Below, one piece after another: positions 48,146-56,408 of a stretch of DNA of 64,000 nt; position 1 is the first letter of the stretch; every line of letters begins with the position of its first letter. The position numbers and the translations under genes were made by a program. Below the pieces are notes generated by a model. The model worked only from the letters and a program-made list of their open reading frames with translations, made no database searches and had not been told where the DNA came from. The DNA is from a virus. The stretch lies in IMG/VR virus record IMGVR_UViG_3300025413_001393, positions 61,103-125,102 of that record, one strand, 5' to 3'.

Positions 48146-48778
48146 TTAGTACATGTTTTTGAGTACCCACAATTGAGCACTATTCAAAGCTCGAGACCAT
48201 TTTCCTAAGATTCTTGAAACATTTTGCCAAACTGTAGACCAGTATCTAAAAGTAATTTTATTAAGAATCTTCTTAGTCTTAGTCCAGGGATGATTTTCGT
48301 AAGCTTGAGCTCGCTCTAACCACTTCTTTTCATTAGCTGCATTTTCTTCGGCTGTAGTTGTAATCTCACCCTTTACAAGCTCTAATGAGATAAGCTTACC
48401 TTTTACAAATACAGCATCAAATTCGATGTCCCAGGTATTACCCTCTTCATCTTCACTATAATCATAGAAGTTAATAGTATCAGTAATCTCTTCTTTAACT
48501 GAGGTACGACTCGACTCTACAAACTTATAAGGCCAGCAAAATTTACCCTGCTTCTTAATCTTCTTTTCTTCAGCTTCAGACATTGTACGAACATGCTCTC
48601 CTTCTACTTTTTCAGTATAAAGATAACCATTCTTCTTAATATAATAAGCAGACATTGTATTATCTAAAGACTTTGTTTGAAAGTCTGTTGTTGTCCAATC
48701 CTTGTTAGGAAAGGCTTTTTTAATTTGTTTAGTTAACGGGAGCTTACGCTCACAGAATATAGTATCGAACATTCCCAA
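48146..48778 (-). CDS. conserved phage hypothetical (GMFDTI family)
   Basis: TTG start with AAGGAGGT SD; GMFDTI, DFQTKSL motifs. Confidence 0.65.
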   Translation of the reverse strand: MGMFDTIFCERKLPLTKQIKKAFPNKDWTTTDFQTKSLDNTMSAYYIKKNGYLYTEKVEGEHVRTMSEAEEKKIKKQGKFCWPYKFVESSRTSVKEEITDTINFYDYSEDEEGNTWDIEFDAVFVKGKLISLELVKGEITTTAEENAANEKKWLERAQAYENHPWTKTKKILNKITFRYWSTVWQNVSRILGKWSRALNSAQLWVLKNMY

Positions 48779-48812
48779 AATTACCTCCTTATCCCTTTTT
48801 GGGATTGTTTGA

Positions 48813-48820
48813 TATAAATA
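48813..48820 (+). promoter_or_regulatory. T4-type late promoter of GIY-YIG gene
   Basis: TATAAATA 5 nt before ATG 48826. Confidence 0.7.
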
Positions 48821-48825
48821 ATATT

Positions 48826-49458
48826 ATGTCTCATTTCTACATATTATACAAGATTATTAATAATATCAACAACAAATTTTATATTGGAGTACACAAAACA
48901 GACAATATACATGATGATTATTATGGTTCAGGACATTCTATTAAAGCGGCTATTGAAAAATACGATAAAGAAAACTTTACGAAAGAAATCCTTCACGTTT
49001 TTACAAACGCAAAAAAAGCATTTAAAAAGGAAAAAGAAATTGTTAACAGTATATTACTTGAGGATAAAAATTGCTATAATATCAAGGAAGGCGGTCATGG
49101 AGGTTTTGATCATATAAGAAAAGCAGGCTTGCACAAATCTTCAAAGGGCAGAAAAATAATCTATAACCCAGCAACAAACGAACAAACAAAGGTCAAACCC
49201 GAAGAAATAGACAATTATTTAAGTCGAGGTTGGTTGACGGGGTTCAGACCAAGCGCTCTTAAAAAGATGTCTACTTCTGGTAAAAGAAAAATTCAAACAG
49301 AGGAACAAAAAAGAAAAAATTCAGAATCTAAAAAGAATGCTCGGTTAATGCTTAATGTGGTTACTGGAATAAAAAAATTTATTAAATGCGTTGATATTGA
49401 ATATTACGAAACGAATGGATGGCGTTTGTACACTGAACAATTTTTAAAAAGAAAATAA
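48826..49458 (+). mobile_element. GIY-YIG homing endonuclease (Seg-like)
   Basis: YILYKI.N..NNKFYIGVH, YYGSG, E...YN...GG; opposite strand to neighbours. Confidence 0.88.
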
Positions 49459-49461
49459 CTA

Positions 49462-49878
49462 CTAAATTTTTTCTAAAAGAGCAGCTGTATTATTTACAGC
49501 TTCTTGTCCCCAGTCAACAAGCAAAACTTCTATGCCTGCTTGTTGAGCAAGAACACAAACTTGAACATTATCATCAATGTGGAGAATACTATTAAGCTTT
49601 TGTAGAAAAGGAGTCTTATTCTTTCCAGCAGTAGCTACTACAGATTTGATTGGAAGGTTGTATAGTTTAATTAAATCCCAACACTCTGATACATGTCTCT
49701 CCTCTCGAGCAGTTACAACATGAATTTCAAATCCTTCATTATGTTTCTTACGAAGAAGGTCATGTACTCTTTTAATAGGTTCAGCACTTGAACCAGAAGC
49801 AGCCCACAGATTCCCAATCTTGTAAGCTGGGTCTTCAAATAGACAGTCATCAAAATCAAATGTAACAGTTTGTTTCAT
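49462..49878 (-). CDS. HAD-superfamily phosphatase
   Basis: VTFDFDDCL, VTAR, HIDD. Confidence 0.75.
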   Translation of the reverse strand: MKQTVTFDFDDCLFEDPAYKIGNLWAASGSSAEPIKRVHDLLRKKHNEGFEIHVVTAREERHVSECWDLIKLYNLPIKSVVATAGKNKTPFLQKLNSILHIDDNVQVCVLAQQAGIEVLLVDWGQEAVNNTAALLEKI

Positions 49879-49890
49879 ATTTTTTAAAAT

Positions 49891-49964
49891 TGGCAGATCG
49901 GCAAGGATTTGCACCCTGACAAAGACTTTTGGAGAGTCTCGTGCTACTATTACACTACCGACCT
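49891..49964 (-). tRNA. tRNA-Trp(CCA), copy 1
   Basis: cloverleaf, loop CTCCAAA, encoded CCA. Confidence 0.9.
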
Positions 49965-50004
49965 AATACAAAATATAATACTACAATGTCATAGGACATA
50001 CAAC

Positions 50005-50041
50005 AAAAAACCCCTACTACCTTGATCAGAGGCAGTAGGGG
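50005..50041 (-). terminator. intrinsic terminator after large ncRNA
   Basis: CCCCTACT/AGTAGGGG stem plus T6. Confidence 0.85.
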
Positions 50042-50483
50042 CGAGATGATCAGACTCTTTCTTTATCTCTCTGCATTTTAGGGATAGCGATTCCTTTCTG
50101 GACTTGAGACCAGCAACTGGTAGCATTACTAAAGAGGTATTTGAGAAGATTTTATTCCGGATTTTGTTCTTTCCTCAACAGAGATCAGGCGTGGAGCCTC
50201 TACTTCCGTCCAGCTTGTGTTTAATCAATACGCTAGGATCAAAGCTTACCATAGGTTTTTGGCTCCCCTAACTTGAATAAGGACTACTAATATACCAACA
50301 AGCAACTCGTCCTTACTCCTCTCTAGGATAATTCCTACAACTAGAGAGTATTAATTTGTATGACTAGAAAATCTCATTCGCTTTCACGGAGATTTATCTT
50401 ACAAGCTACACGTTCACTCGGCCGAATGCTTCGCTATCACTTGTCGCGGGAGTCCTTTTGCATATCAGACTTGCGCCTAGTCA
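50042..50483 (-). ncRNA. large structured ncRNA candidate (~440 nt; class unknown, GOLLD/ROOL-like context)
   Basis: no ORF; stems TGACTAG/CTAGTCA, AAATCTC/GAGATTT, CTCTAG/CTAGAG, TAAGGAC/GTCCTTA, GGAGCC/GGCTCC; boxA upstream, terminator downstream. Confidence 0.72.
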
Positions 50484-50498
50484 AATTTTAAAATGTAC

Positions 50499-50510
50499 TA
50501 TCAAAGATCA
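50499..50510 (-). promoter_or_regulatory. boxA-like antitermination element
   Basis: TGATCTTTGATA; same motif precedes tmRNA and tRNA cluster. Confidence 0.55.
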
Positions 50511-50538
50511 ATTCTTATCTATTTATAGTCCTATAAAG

Positions 50539-50820
50539 CTACAAGACAGTCAACGATTTTAAGCTTTTAAATTCGGTTTTAAAAAACATTTGACCAACAA
50601 CAGTTAGACGATTTTTAATTGTGTAGAGGCTAGGAACGTTTTCTCCTTGCTCGAGCCCAACAATAACGTCAGAAATATAAGATTTGTCCGCTTGATAGTT
50701 CTGTCGGATTTTGTCGTTGTTGTCCATACGACTAAGCATTTCTTGTAAACAAGCTTTTTTGTAAGCTACTAATTTTTGTCCAAAGCTTATTGAAAGTTCA
50801 ATCTCTTCTAAAAAGTCCAT
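50539..50820 (-). CDS. hypothetical protein
   Basis: 93-aa ORF. Confidence 0.5.
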   Translation of the reverse strand: MDFLEEIELSISFGQKLVAYKKACLQEMLSRMDNNDKIRQNYQADKSYISDVIVGLEQGENVPSLYTIKNRLTVVGQMFFKTEFKSLKSLTVL

Positions 50821-51073
50821 TCATACAATATACAAATAAAGAATGGACAAGACTACAAATAAATTTAACAAAAAGTACTGAAAAGTACAATCCTAAACAT
50901 AATACGAAAAGGACACCCACCATAGCTAATTCTAGTGGTTCAAGCACTAGATTACTTATTATTTTAAGTAAATTATTTTCTTTTCTTTCCAGCGTCAGAC
51001 CTTTTAACTCTTGCTCTGATCCCACCTTTTCGTAGGTTTTTAGCTGCTTTCTTATTTGCAGCTGGAGATCCAA
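50798..51073 (-). CDS. membrane protein
   Basis: C-terminal hydrophobic segment. Confidence 0.45.
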   Translation of the reverse strand: MDLQLQIRKQLKTYEKVGSEQELKGLTLERKENNLLKIISNLVLEPLELAMVGVLFVLCLGLYFSVLFVKFICSLVHSLFVYCMNGLFRRD

Positions 51074-51148
51074 AGTTTTCTACTAATGTTGTTCTTGTTT
51101 TTGATATTGCCATTAAAGCAATTATTACAACATTGACAATTTATCTAC

Positions 51149-51377
51149 AAAAAAACCGGGCGTGAGATAGCTTGTATGTACAGAGGCCCGCCCGGTCTAC
51201 TAAATTAATTGTAAGTTCTTTTGTCCCGACAACTTGAAGCGTCCTTCATTATGTGTTGGCTTTGTATGAACTTACGATGAGCCGGTTTCATCACACAATC
51301 TTTCGCGATCAATTGTGGAGAGGAATTTGCCGACTTCTATCAAATTGGTAAAATTAATTATAGCGGTTTCCCACTTT
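51149..51377 (-). ncRNA. ~230-nt structured small RNA candidate including terminator
   Basis: TATAAATA at 51383-51390; stems GTAAGTTC/GAACTTAC, GATGA/TCATC, TGAAG/CTTCA, CACAAT/ATTGTG; terminator ACCGGGCG/CGCCCGGT+T7. Confidence 0.6.
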
Positions 51378-51482
51378 TAATATATTTATACTATCATGTC
51401 TGTTATATATTAAGTCAACAACAATTTGCGAGAGTCGAAATATTCTTTGTTATTATTTCGACTTATCAACATAAGTAAATAT

Positions 51483-52019
51483 ATGAAAGAATTATACAAA
51501 ACTCAAATATTAAAACTTAGAAAGGAAGGAAAGACTTATACTGAAATAGTAAAAGAGGTTGGTTGTGCCTACTCCACTGTGAGCTACTATCTTTCTGGAA
51601 TTGTGAGAGAGAACGCTAAAAAACGTGCTATCAAAAATAAAAAACAAAACCCAGTGGATGATTTTACACTCATATTGCAACAAAAACTACACAATTATAA
51701 TTGTGATAATAAGAGCGGATCCGCAAAAAAATATTATCCAACACAAATAAGCATTAATGAGTTACGTAAAAAGTTAACGGCTTCTCCTATATGTTATTTG
51801 ACAGGAAAACGTCTCAATTTACTTAATAAATCAACGTGGTCTTTGGATCACAAAATTCCTAGATCTAAAGGAGGAAAAAACACTATTGAAAATATGGGAT
51901 TGGTGTGCTCAACAGCAAATCGCTGCAAACACGATTTATTGCTAAAAGATTTTTTAACTTTTTGTAAATGTATTTTAGAAAATTTTGGATACAAAGTAAC
52001 TGGACCAGAGGAGAGTTGA
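51483..52019 (+). mobile_element. HNH endonuclease with N-terminal HTH
   Basis: ILKLRKEGKTY.EI...GCA.STVSY HTH; CYLTG, SLDHKIP..KGG.N...N...C...N..K. Confidence 0.85.
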
Positions 52020-52463
52020 ACTCCTGTCTTTAATAATATTATTATACAATCTTCACACGTTTTAGCATATTGTAACATTTCAAAATGCCATATGGCACCG
52101 CAGAGAGAGGTTGTTAATGGTTGCTAGCCTATGTTTTTTCTCTACCTGTAGTAAGAAACGGCTTTACTACGACCGCTTACTCTTTGTTTTCTAAGAATCG
52201 TAAGAACTTCTATAACCTATTATTATTTCCAAAAGCTTAATAGGATCTACTTCTGGTTCCTTAGGCTGCGATAGCGAGAGGAGCCATTTCATCGCAGAGA
52301 CAGAACTCTGTGATTGTATTGACTGCCTTCTTTACCTTAGCAAGGATTGCTTTGACGTTAGTCTTTGCGTTTATGTTTTGATTAGCTTTTAAGGTAGCCA
52401 ACTAATCAACTACCACGTGCATGTATAACTTTTATCAATTAAATCGAATACCGGTACTGGCCC
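52001..52463 (-). ncRNA. ssrA: tmRNA
   Basis: 5' GGGCCAG pairs 3' CTGGTCC with G3:U70, disc. A; T arm GGAGTTCAACTCTCC; tag frame 52368-52261 ending LAIAA-stop. Confidence 0.93.
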
Positions 52464-52472
52464 GTAAATTAC

Positions 52473-52484
52473 TTTCAAAGATCG
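52473..52484 (-). promoter_or_regulatory. boxA-like element before tmRNA
   Basis: CGATCTTTGAAA. Confidence 0.55.
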
Positions 52485-52516
52485 ATGAGCTTGTTGCTCT
52501 TTTGTAATTATACAGT

Positions 52517-53200
52517 CTATAAAGTAAATTTCAATAATAAACTTTCGTATATATTATCAAAAGACTCTTTTTGCATAAGTTTTTTTTCGATTCGTTCTTT
52601 AGCTAAATTTAGCTCCTTTGTAAGAAAAGCTTCTAATTCGCTAGCAGAATGAAACTCATCAGTTCTCATTTGTATCGGTTCACCTCCAGCAGCTCTCCAA
52701 GCTTCGATGTAAGGAGGATAATCATCGATAAGAATATTTGGAACTCCGTTTGTTGTAGCGATGTTTGCTTTTACGCTTGTAAATATTCTTTGCTGTGGCT
52801 TGGGATTGAGATGTTTATCAATCCATTCATTTTTGCCTTGTTCACAACCTTGAGGATCTACACCTGCTGGACACGAACAGATATTATAAGGCCCAACGAT
52901 TTTTTGCACTGTTTGTACGATTGCTGTTGTAAGTTCACCATTCTTGCCAAAAGGAGGAAGATTTGCAAAAATAGCTCTCACACTATCTTCTTCTGTAATA
53001 CTCGGATCATATTTTTTAGCAAGTTGCGTATAAAATTCTTTTTTAGAAGCCCAGATCTTTCTTTTGTCTCTTTTTTGTTCTGCAGTTACTTGTTTGTAAT
53101 CTTCTACACCATAATAATAATGCGCAACAAAATCGAAGAGATTGGCTAACAAGCCATCCATGTCGAGATACACTGTTACGCCAAGTTCTTTAAAAGTCAT
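52517..53200 (-). CDS. 5'(3')-deoxyribonucleotidase-like HAD enzyme
   Basis: VYLDMDGLLA, K..W...HL, ILIDD...I.AW.AAGG. Confidence 0.82.
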   Translation of the reverse strand: MTFKELGVTVYLDMDGLLANLFDFVAHYYYGVEDYKQVTAEQKRDKRKIWASKKEFYTQLAKKYDPSITEEDSVRAIFANLPPFGKNGELTTAIVQTVQKIVGPYNICSCPAGVDPQGCEQGKNEWIDKHLNPKPQQRIFTSVKANIATTNGVPNILIDDYPPYIEAWRAAGGEPIQMRTDEFHSASELEAFLTKELNLAKERIEKKLMQKESFDNIYESLLLKFTL

Positions 53201-53208
53201 TAAACTAT

Positions 53209-54306
53209 TTATTCATAATTGCGTACAGCAATCACATACGGAAACCTAGGAAGCTTGTTATCAGGAGTAAGATTAAAATACTTTACGGTTGCTTCTTTAC
53301 CAATGTAGTCATTCTTGTTGTCCCAAATTTCTTTCAAATACGCTCTATCTCCTTTAATGTTTGAATTAAACTCAATGCCAAGCTCGTTCTTAAAAAGCAT
53401 TGCTCCAGCTACTCCAGTCTTATTTCCTTCTCCTTCGATAACATCAAGAATTGTATATTCACTATCTTGAAACTCTTTACGCTTAAGAAGACTCTTGGAT
53501 CTTTTGTTTTCGTAAAACCCATTGAGTCGTACCATCTGGCCTTCAAAGCCACGATCCATACAAGCACCGTAATGTTCATCGAGCTCTTCAACGTTCTTTA
53601 GCTTTCCAGTAGGGACCTTTCGGATCATCAAGCTAGTATCAATTATCTTTTCAATCGTGCTGATACGATCTTCAAAAAGAAGTTCAGGATTAACAATATC
53701 ATAGATCCAATACTGAATTGCACTAGCAGCTTCCTTGAGATCTTCATCTGTAGGTTTTGTCTTCTTTACAAGAGAACAGATCTTATTGAAGTCATTGTTG
53801 AGTTTATCGCAGTAGAGCTCTCCATCGAGAATCATATGCGGAGCTTGATTAAAGATGTATTGAAGCTCTTCTCGAATGTGAGGACAGCTGTTAATGATTT
53901 TGCCATTACGACTGTACATTCCATCCTTTGTTACAATACAGCGAATACCATCGAGTTTTGGCTGAGCGAAGACGGGGAACAAAATCTTACTAGCGTAGTC
54001 GTCATAGTTCTTTGCAAGCATTGGCTCAACAAACGTGAACGAATCGATATCGGATACGCTTGTAAAATACCCTGAATCTTTTTTCTTTTTCCAGATTGCT
54101 TCAGCTTCAAAACGAGCTTGTTCGAATTCATTACGAGCGTTGGCACGACCTTCATTAGTTGATTTAGCGTATGTCCAAATAGTAGTTTGTAACTTACCAT
54201 TCACTTGTCCAAACTCTGTGCGATATTTGTTGTCCTCTACTTGTATAGTCCATTGCTGAACCGCTCCTGTGTTTGTTCTTGCGTATAGAGTTGGGAGTTG
54301 TACCAT
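53209..54306 (-). CDS. ATP-dependent DNA ligase
   Basis: QPKLDGIRC, LDGELY, EGQMVR, LLKRK, OB-fold tail with RFP. Confidence 0.93.
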   Translation of the reverse strand: MVQLPTLYARTNTGAVQQWTIQVEDNKYRTEFGQVNGKLQTTIWTYAKSTNEGRANARNEFEQARFEAEAIWKKKKDSGYFTSVSDIDSFTFVEPMLAKNYDDYASKILFPVFAQPKLDGIRCIVTKDGMYSRNGKIINSCPHIREELQYIFNQAPHMILDGELYCDKLNNDFNKICSLVKKTKPTDEDLKEAASAIQYWIYDIVNPELLFEDRISTIEKIIDTSLMIRKVPTGKLKNVEELDEHYGACMDRGFEGQMVRLNGFYENKRSKSLLKRKEFQDSEYTILDVIEGEGNKTGVAGAMLFKNELGIEFNSNIKGDRAYLKEIWDNKNDYIGKEATVKYFNLTPDNKLPRFPYVIAVRNYE

Positions 54307-54349
54307 GTTTATATAATCTTAAAATTTAACTGGACAGTCAAGAAAAAAA

Positions 54350-54395
54350 TGGTACATCGGGCAGGGATCGAACCTGCGACCTATAACGTACAGTT
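54350..54395 (-). pseudogene. orphan tRNA 3' half
   Basis: AGGTC-GCAGGTTCGATCCCTGC-CCGATGT-ACCA; no 5' half found. Confidence 0.75.
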
Positions 54396-54427
54396 GTTTA
54401 TGTGTTCGAATATAATAAATATATTAA

Positions 54428-54925
54428 ATGAATTGCGTAAATTGTCAACAGCATACAAATAATCCTAAATTTTGTTCTCGATCGTGTGCAGCTAGTTACA
54501 CAAATAGAATTTCTCCAAAAAGAAAATTAACGAAAAAGTGTACTCAGTGTGATAGTATTGTAAGAAATTACAGGTCGAGACTGTGCGAACTTCATTTTCA
54601 GCAAGAAAAAGAACTCAGTAATGAAGCATATAAGAATAGAACTATGGGCTACTATCGTTCAAAAGATTGTCTTAAAAAATTGCATAAATCTTCTATACAT
54701 GCTCACGTAAGAGGTTTGTGTAGATTGTGGCTAAAACATCTTACTACTAAACCTTGCAAATTGTGCGGATACGACAAACACGTTGAGTTGTGTCACATAA
54801 AACCTCTGTCCAGCTTTTCTGACGAATCCCTCATAAGTGAAGTTAATTCGGAAACAAATGTTGTTCAGTTGTGTCGAAATTGTCATTGGGAATTGGATCA
54901 CAACATGATTCAATTAAAAGAGTGA
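54428..54925 (+). mobile_element. HNH endonuclease with N-terminal Zn fingers
   Basis: C..C...TNNPKFCSRSCA, C..CG...HVELCHIK, N...LC.NCHWE.D; TAAATA upstream. Confidence 0.85.
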
Positions 54926-55001
54926 GGACGGTTGGGATCGAACCAACATACTCCAGTTACACATTTAATGACCGCTTAGAAGGCGGGTGTGATACGTCCC
55001 C
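54923..55001 (-). tRNA. D-arm-less tRNA-Arg(UCU)-like RNA with long variable region
   Basis: acceptor GGGGACG/CGTCCTC, loop CTTCTAA, T arm GTTGG-TTCGATC-CCAAC; only ~8 nt where the D arm should be. Confidence 0.65.
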
Positions 55002-55041
55002 GTACTTTTAACACTATACTAAATTCAAAAATCTTTGCAAC

Positions 55042-55632
55042 TTAATTTTTAAATTCTTTGAGAAATATTTCCCATTCAGTAATGTTATGTTTATTACGAA
55101 TATAAAACGTAGAAGGTAGATCTCTTGGAATAGTTGGCTTTCTGATAAGTTTTAGACCAGCTTCCTCTGGAGTCCGAGGACCTTTTCTAGAATTTACTTC
55201 TTTGTGACAAACTACACAATTTGTCCAGTTTGTTTTTCCTCCTTTTGTCCGAGGAATAATATGATCAATATTTGCTTCGGATTTAGAAAGTTTCTTGTTA
55301 GTATATTGACAAGTGCCATTATCTCTTTCCCAAATATTTGCATGAGTAAATTTTGGTCTCTTCATTGGAACTTTATCATATTCACACAAGACGATTACTT
55401 TAGGAATTTTAATATCTCCACGAACTGTTTTAATGTAGCTAGCATTATTATCATGTGGCAGCTCAATCCAATCATTCCATTTGAGAGGAAGCATATAATC
55501 TTCTCCACGAATGTCTAAAGCTGTAGCAGTATTTTGATACATCATCACAAAAGCATCGGATGGTGATTTAGCATTAATTGCTTGCCAGTTTCTGTTCAAG
55601 ACTAATACAGTTTCTTGTTTGAGATGTGACAT
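55042..55632 (-). CDS. HNH endonuclease (McrA-like)
   Basis: VLVLN..WQAI, NIWERD...CQY, IDHIIPR.KGG...W.N.V.C...N. Confidence 0.88.
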   Translation of the reverse strand: MSHLKQETVLVLNRNWQAINAKSPSDAFVMMYQNTATALDIRGEDYMLPLKWNDWIELPHDNNASYIKTVRGDIKIPKVIVLCEYDKVPMKRPKFTHANIWERDNGTCQYTNKKLSKSEANIDHIIPRTKGGKTNWTNCVVCHKEVNSRKGPRTPEEAGLKLIRKPTIPRDLPSTFYIRNKHNITEWEIFLKEFKN

Positions 55633-55651
55633 ATGTATACTTAGAATAAAA

Positions 55652-55726
55652 TGGTACACGAGGAGGGGATCGAACCCCCGACCAACGCAGTGTAAGTGCG
55701 CCGCTCTACCGCTGAGCTACCCGTGC
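55652..55726 (-). tRNA. tRNA-Val(UAC)
   Basis: cloverleaf, loop CTTACAC, CCA. Confidence 0.93.
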
Positions 55727-55776
55727 ATTAATATAAAAATAATAGCTGGTTAAAAACATTTTTCAACAACAAAAAG

Positions 55777-55850
55777 TGGAGGGGGTGAAGGGAATCGAAC
55801 CCTCTCATAAACCTTGGCAAGGTCTCAAGCTACCGTTACATCACACCCCC
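55777..55850 (-). tRNA. tRNA-Gly(GCC)
   Basis: cloverleaf, loop TTGCCAA, U73, CCA. Confidence 0.92.
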
Positions 55851-55855
55851 AAATA

Positions 55856-55937
55856 TGCTCATGGAGGGACTCGAACCCCCACTCCTTTCGAAATTAGATC
55901 CTAAGTCTAACGCGGCTGCCAATTACGCCACATGAGC
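55856..55937 (-). tRNA. tRNA-Leu(UAG)
   Basis: class II cloverleaf, loop CTTAGGA. Confidence 0.92.
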
Positions 55938-55944
55938 TAAAACA

Positions 55945-56017
55945 TGGAGGATATCGGACTCGAACCGATCACCTATAGCTTGCAAAGCTACCGCTCTACC
56001 AGATGAGCTAATCCCCC
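55945..56017 (-). tRNA. tRNA-Ala(UGC)
   Basis: loop TTTGCAA, G3:U70. Confidence 0.93.
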
Positions 56018-56039
56018 CAATAATTAGGTTAATAAAATG

Positions 56040-56124
56040 AGCCTAGGATCGGAATCGAACCGATCAACGGGTATTACCCCTAAAGGTTTTGCAGACCTCC
56101 GCTTAGCCAATTAGCTTCCTAGGC
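56040..56124 (-). tRNA. tRNA-Cys(GCA) with long variable arm
   Basis: loop CTGCAAA, U73, extra arm GGG-TAATA-CCC. Confidence 0.85.
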
Positions 56125-56130
56125 ATTAAA

Positions 56131-56220
56131 TGGAAGAGGGAGTGGGATTCGAACCCACGAAGGCTTTTAAACCTTTCAAGTTTTCAAGACTAGCTCGTTA
56201 AACCGCTCCGACATCCCTCC
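56131..56220 (-). tRNA. tRNA-Ser(UGA)
   Basis: class II, loop CTTGAAA, CCA. Confidence 0.9.
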
Positions 56221-56233
56221 GTAAATTGTAAAA

Positions 56234-56320
56234 AGGAAGCTGAGGGATTCGAACCCTCGGAGGCGATAAAGCCTCGGCAGTTTAGTAAACTGCAGCCTTA
56301 AACCGCTCGGCCAAACTTCC
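56234..56320 (-). tRNA. tRNA-Ser(ACU), A34 anticodon
   Basis: class II, stem GCAGT/ACTGC, loop TTACTAA. Confidence 0.88.
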
Positions 56321-56326
56321 GTAAAA

Positions 56327-56398
56327 TGGTGTCTCTTGAAGGTAACGCTCCTTCTCATCATCGTTCGTAGCGACGAGTCTAAATCTTTTAGAAGAGAC
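56327..56398 (-). tRNA. tRNA-Arg(ACG), atypical D and T loops
   Basis: acceptor GTCTCTT/AAGAGAC, loop CTACGAA, T loop AGCGTTA, CCA. Confidence 0.75.
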
Positions 56399-56408
56399 AA
56401 AAAAAAAA

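Noticed and set aside
50150-50180. GAGGAAAG...AACAAAATCCGG resembling RNase P RNA conserved regions
   Set aside because: The two motifs are adjacent rather than at opposite ends, and GAGGAAAGUCC/P4 pairing is absent
54350-55001. Group I intron with HNH ORF splitting a tRNA
   Set aside because: No 5' exon (ACATCGG/GCATCGG start) found upstream, no intron core recognised, and the HNH is antisense
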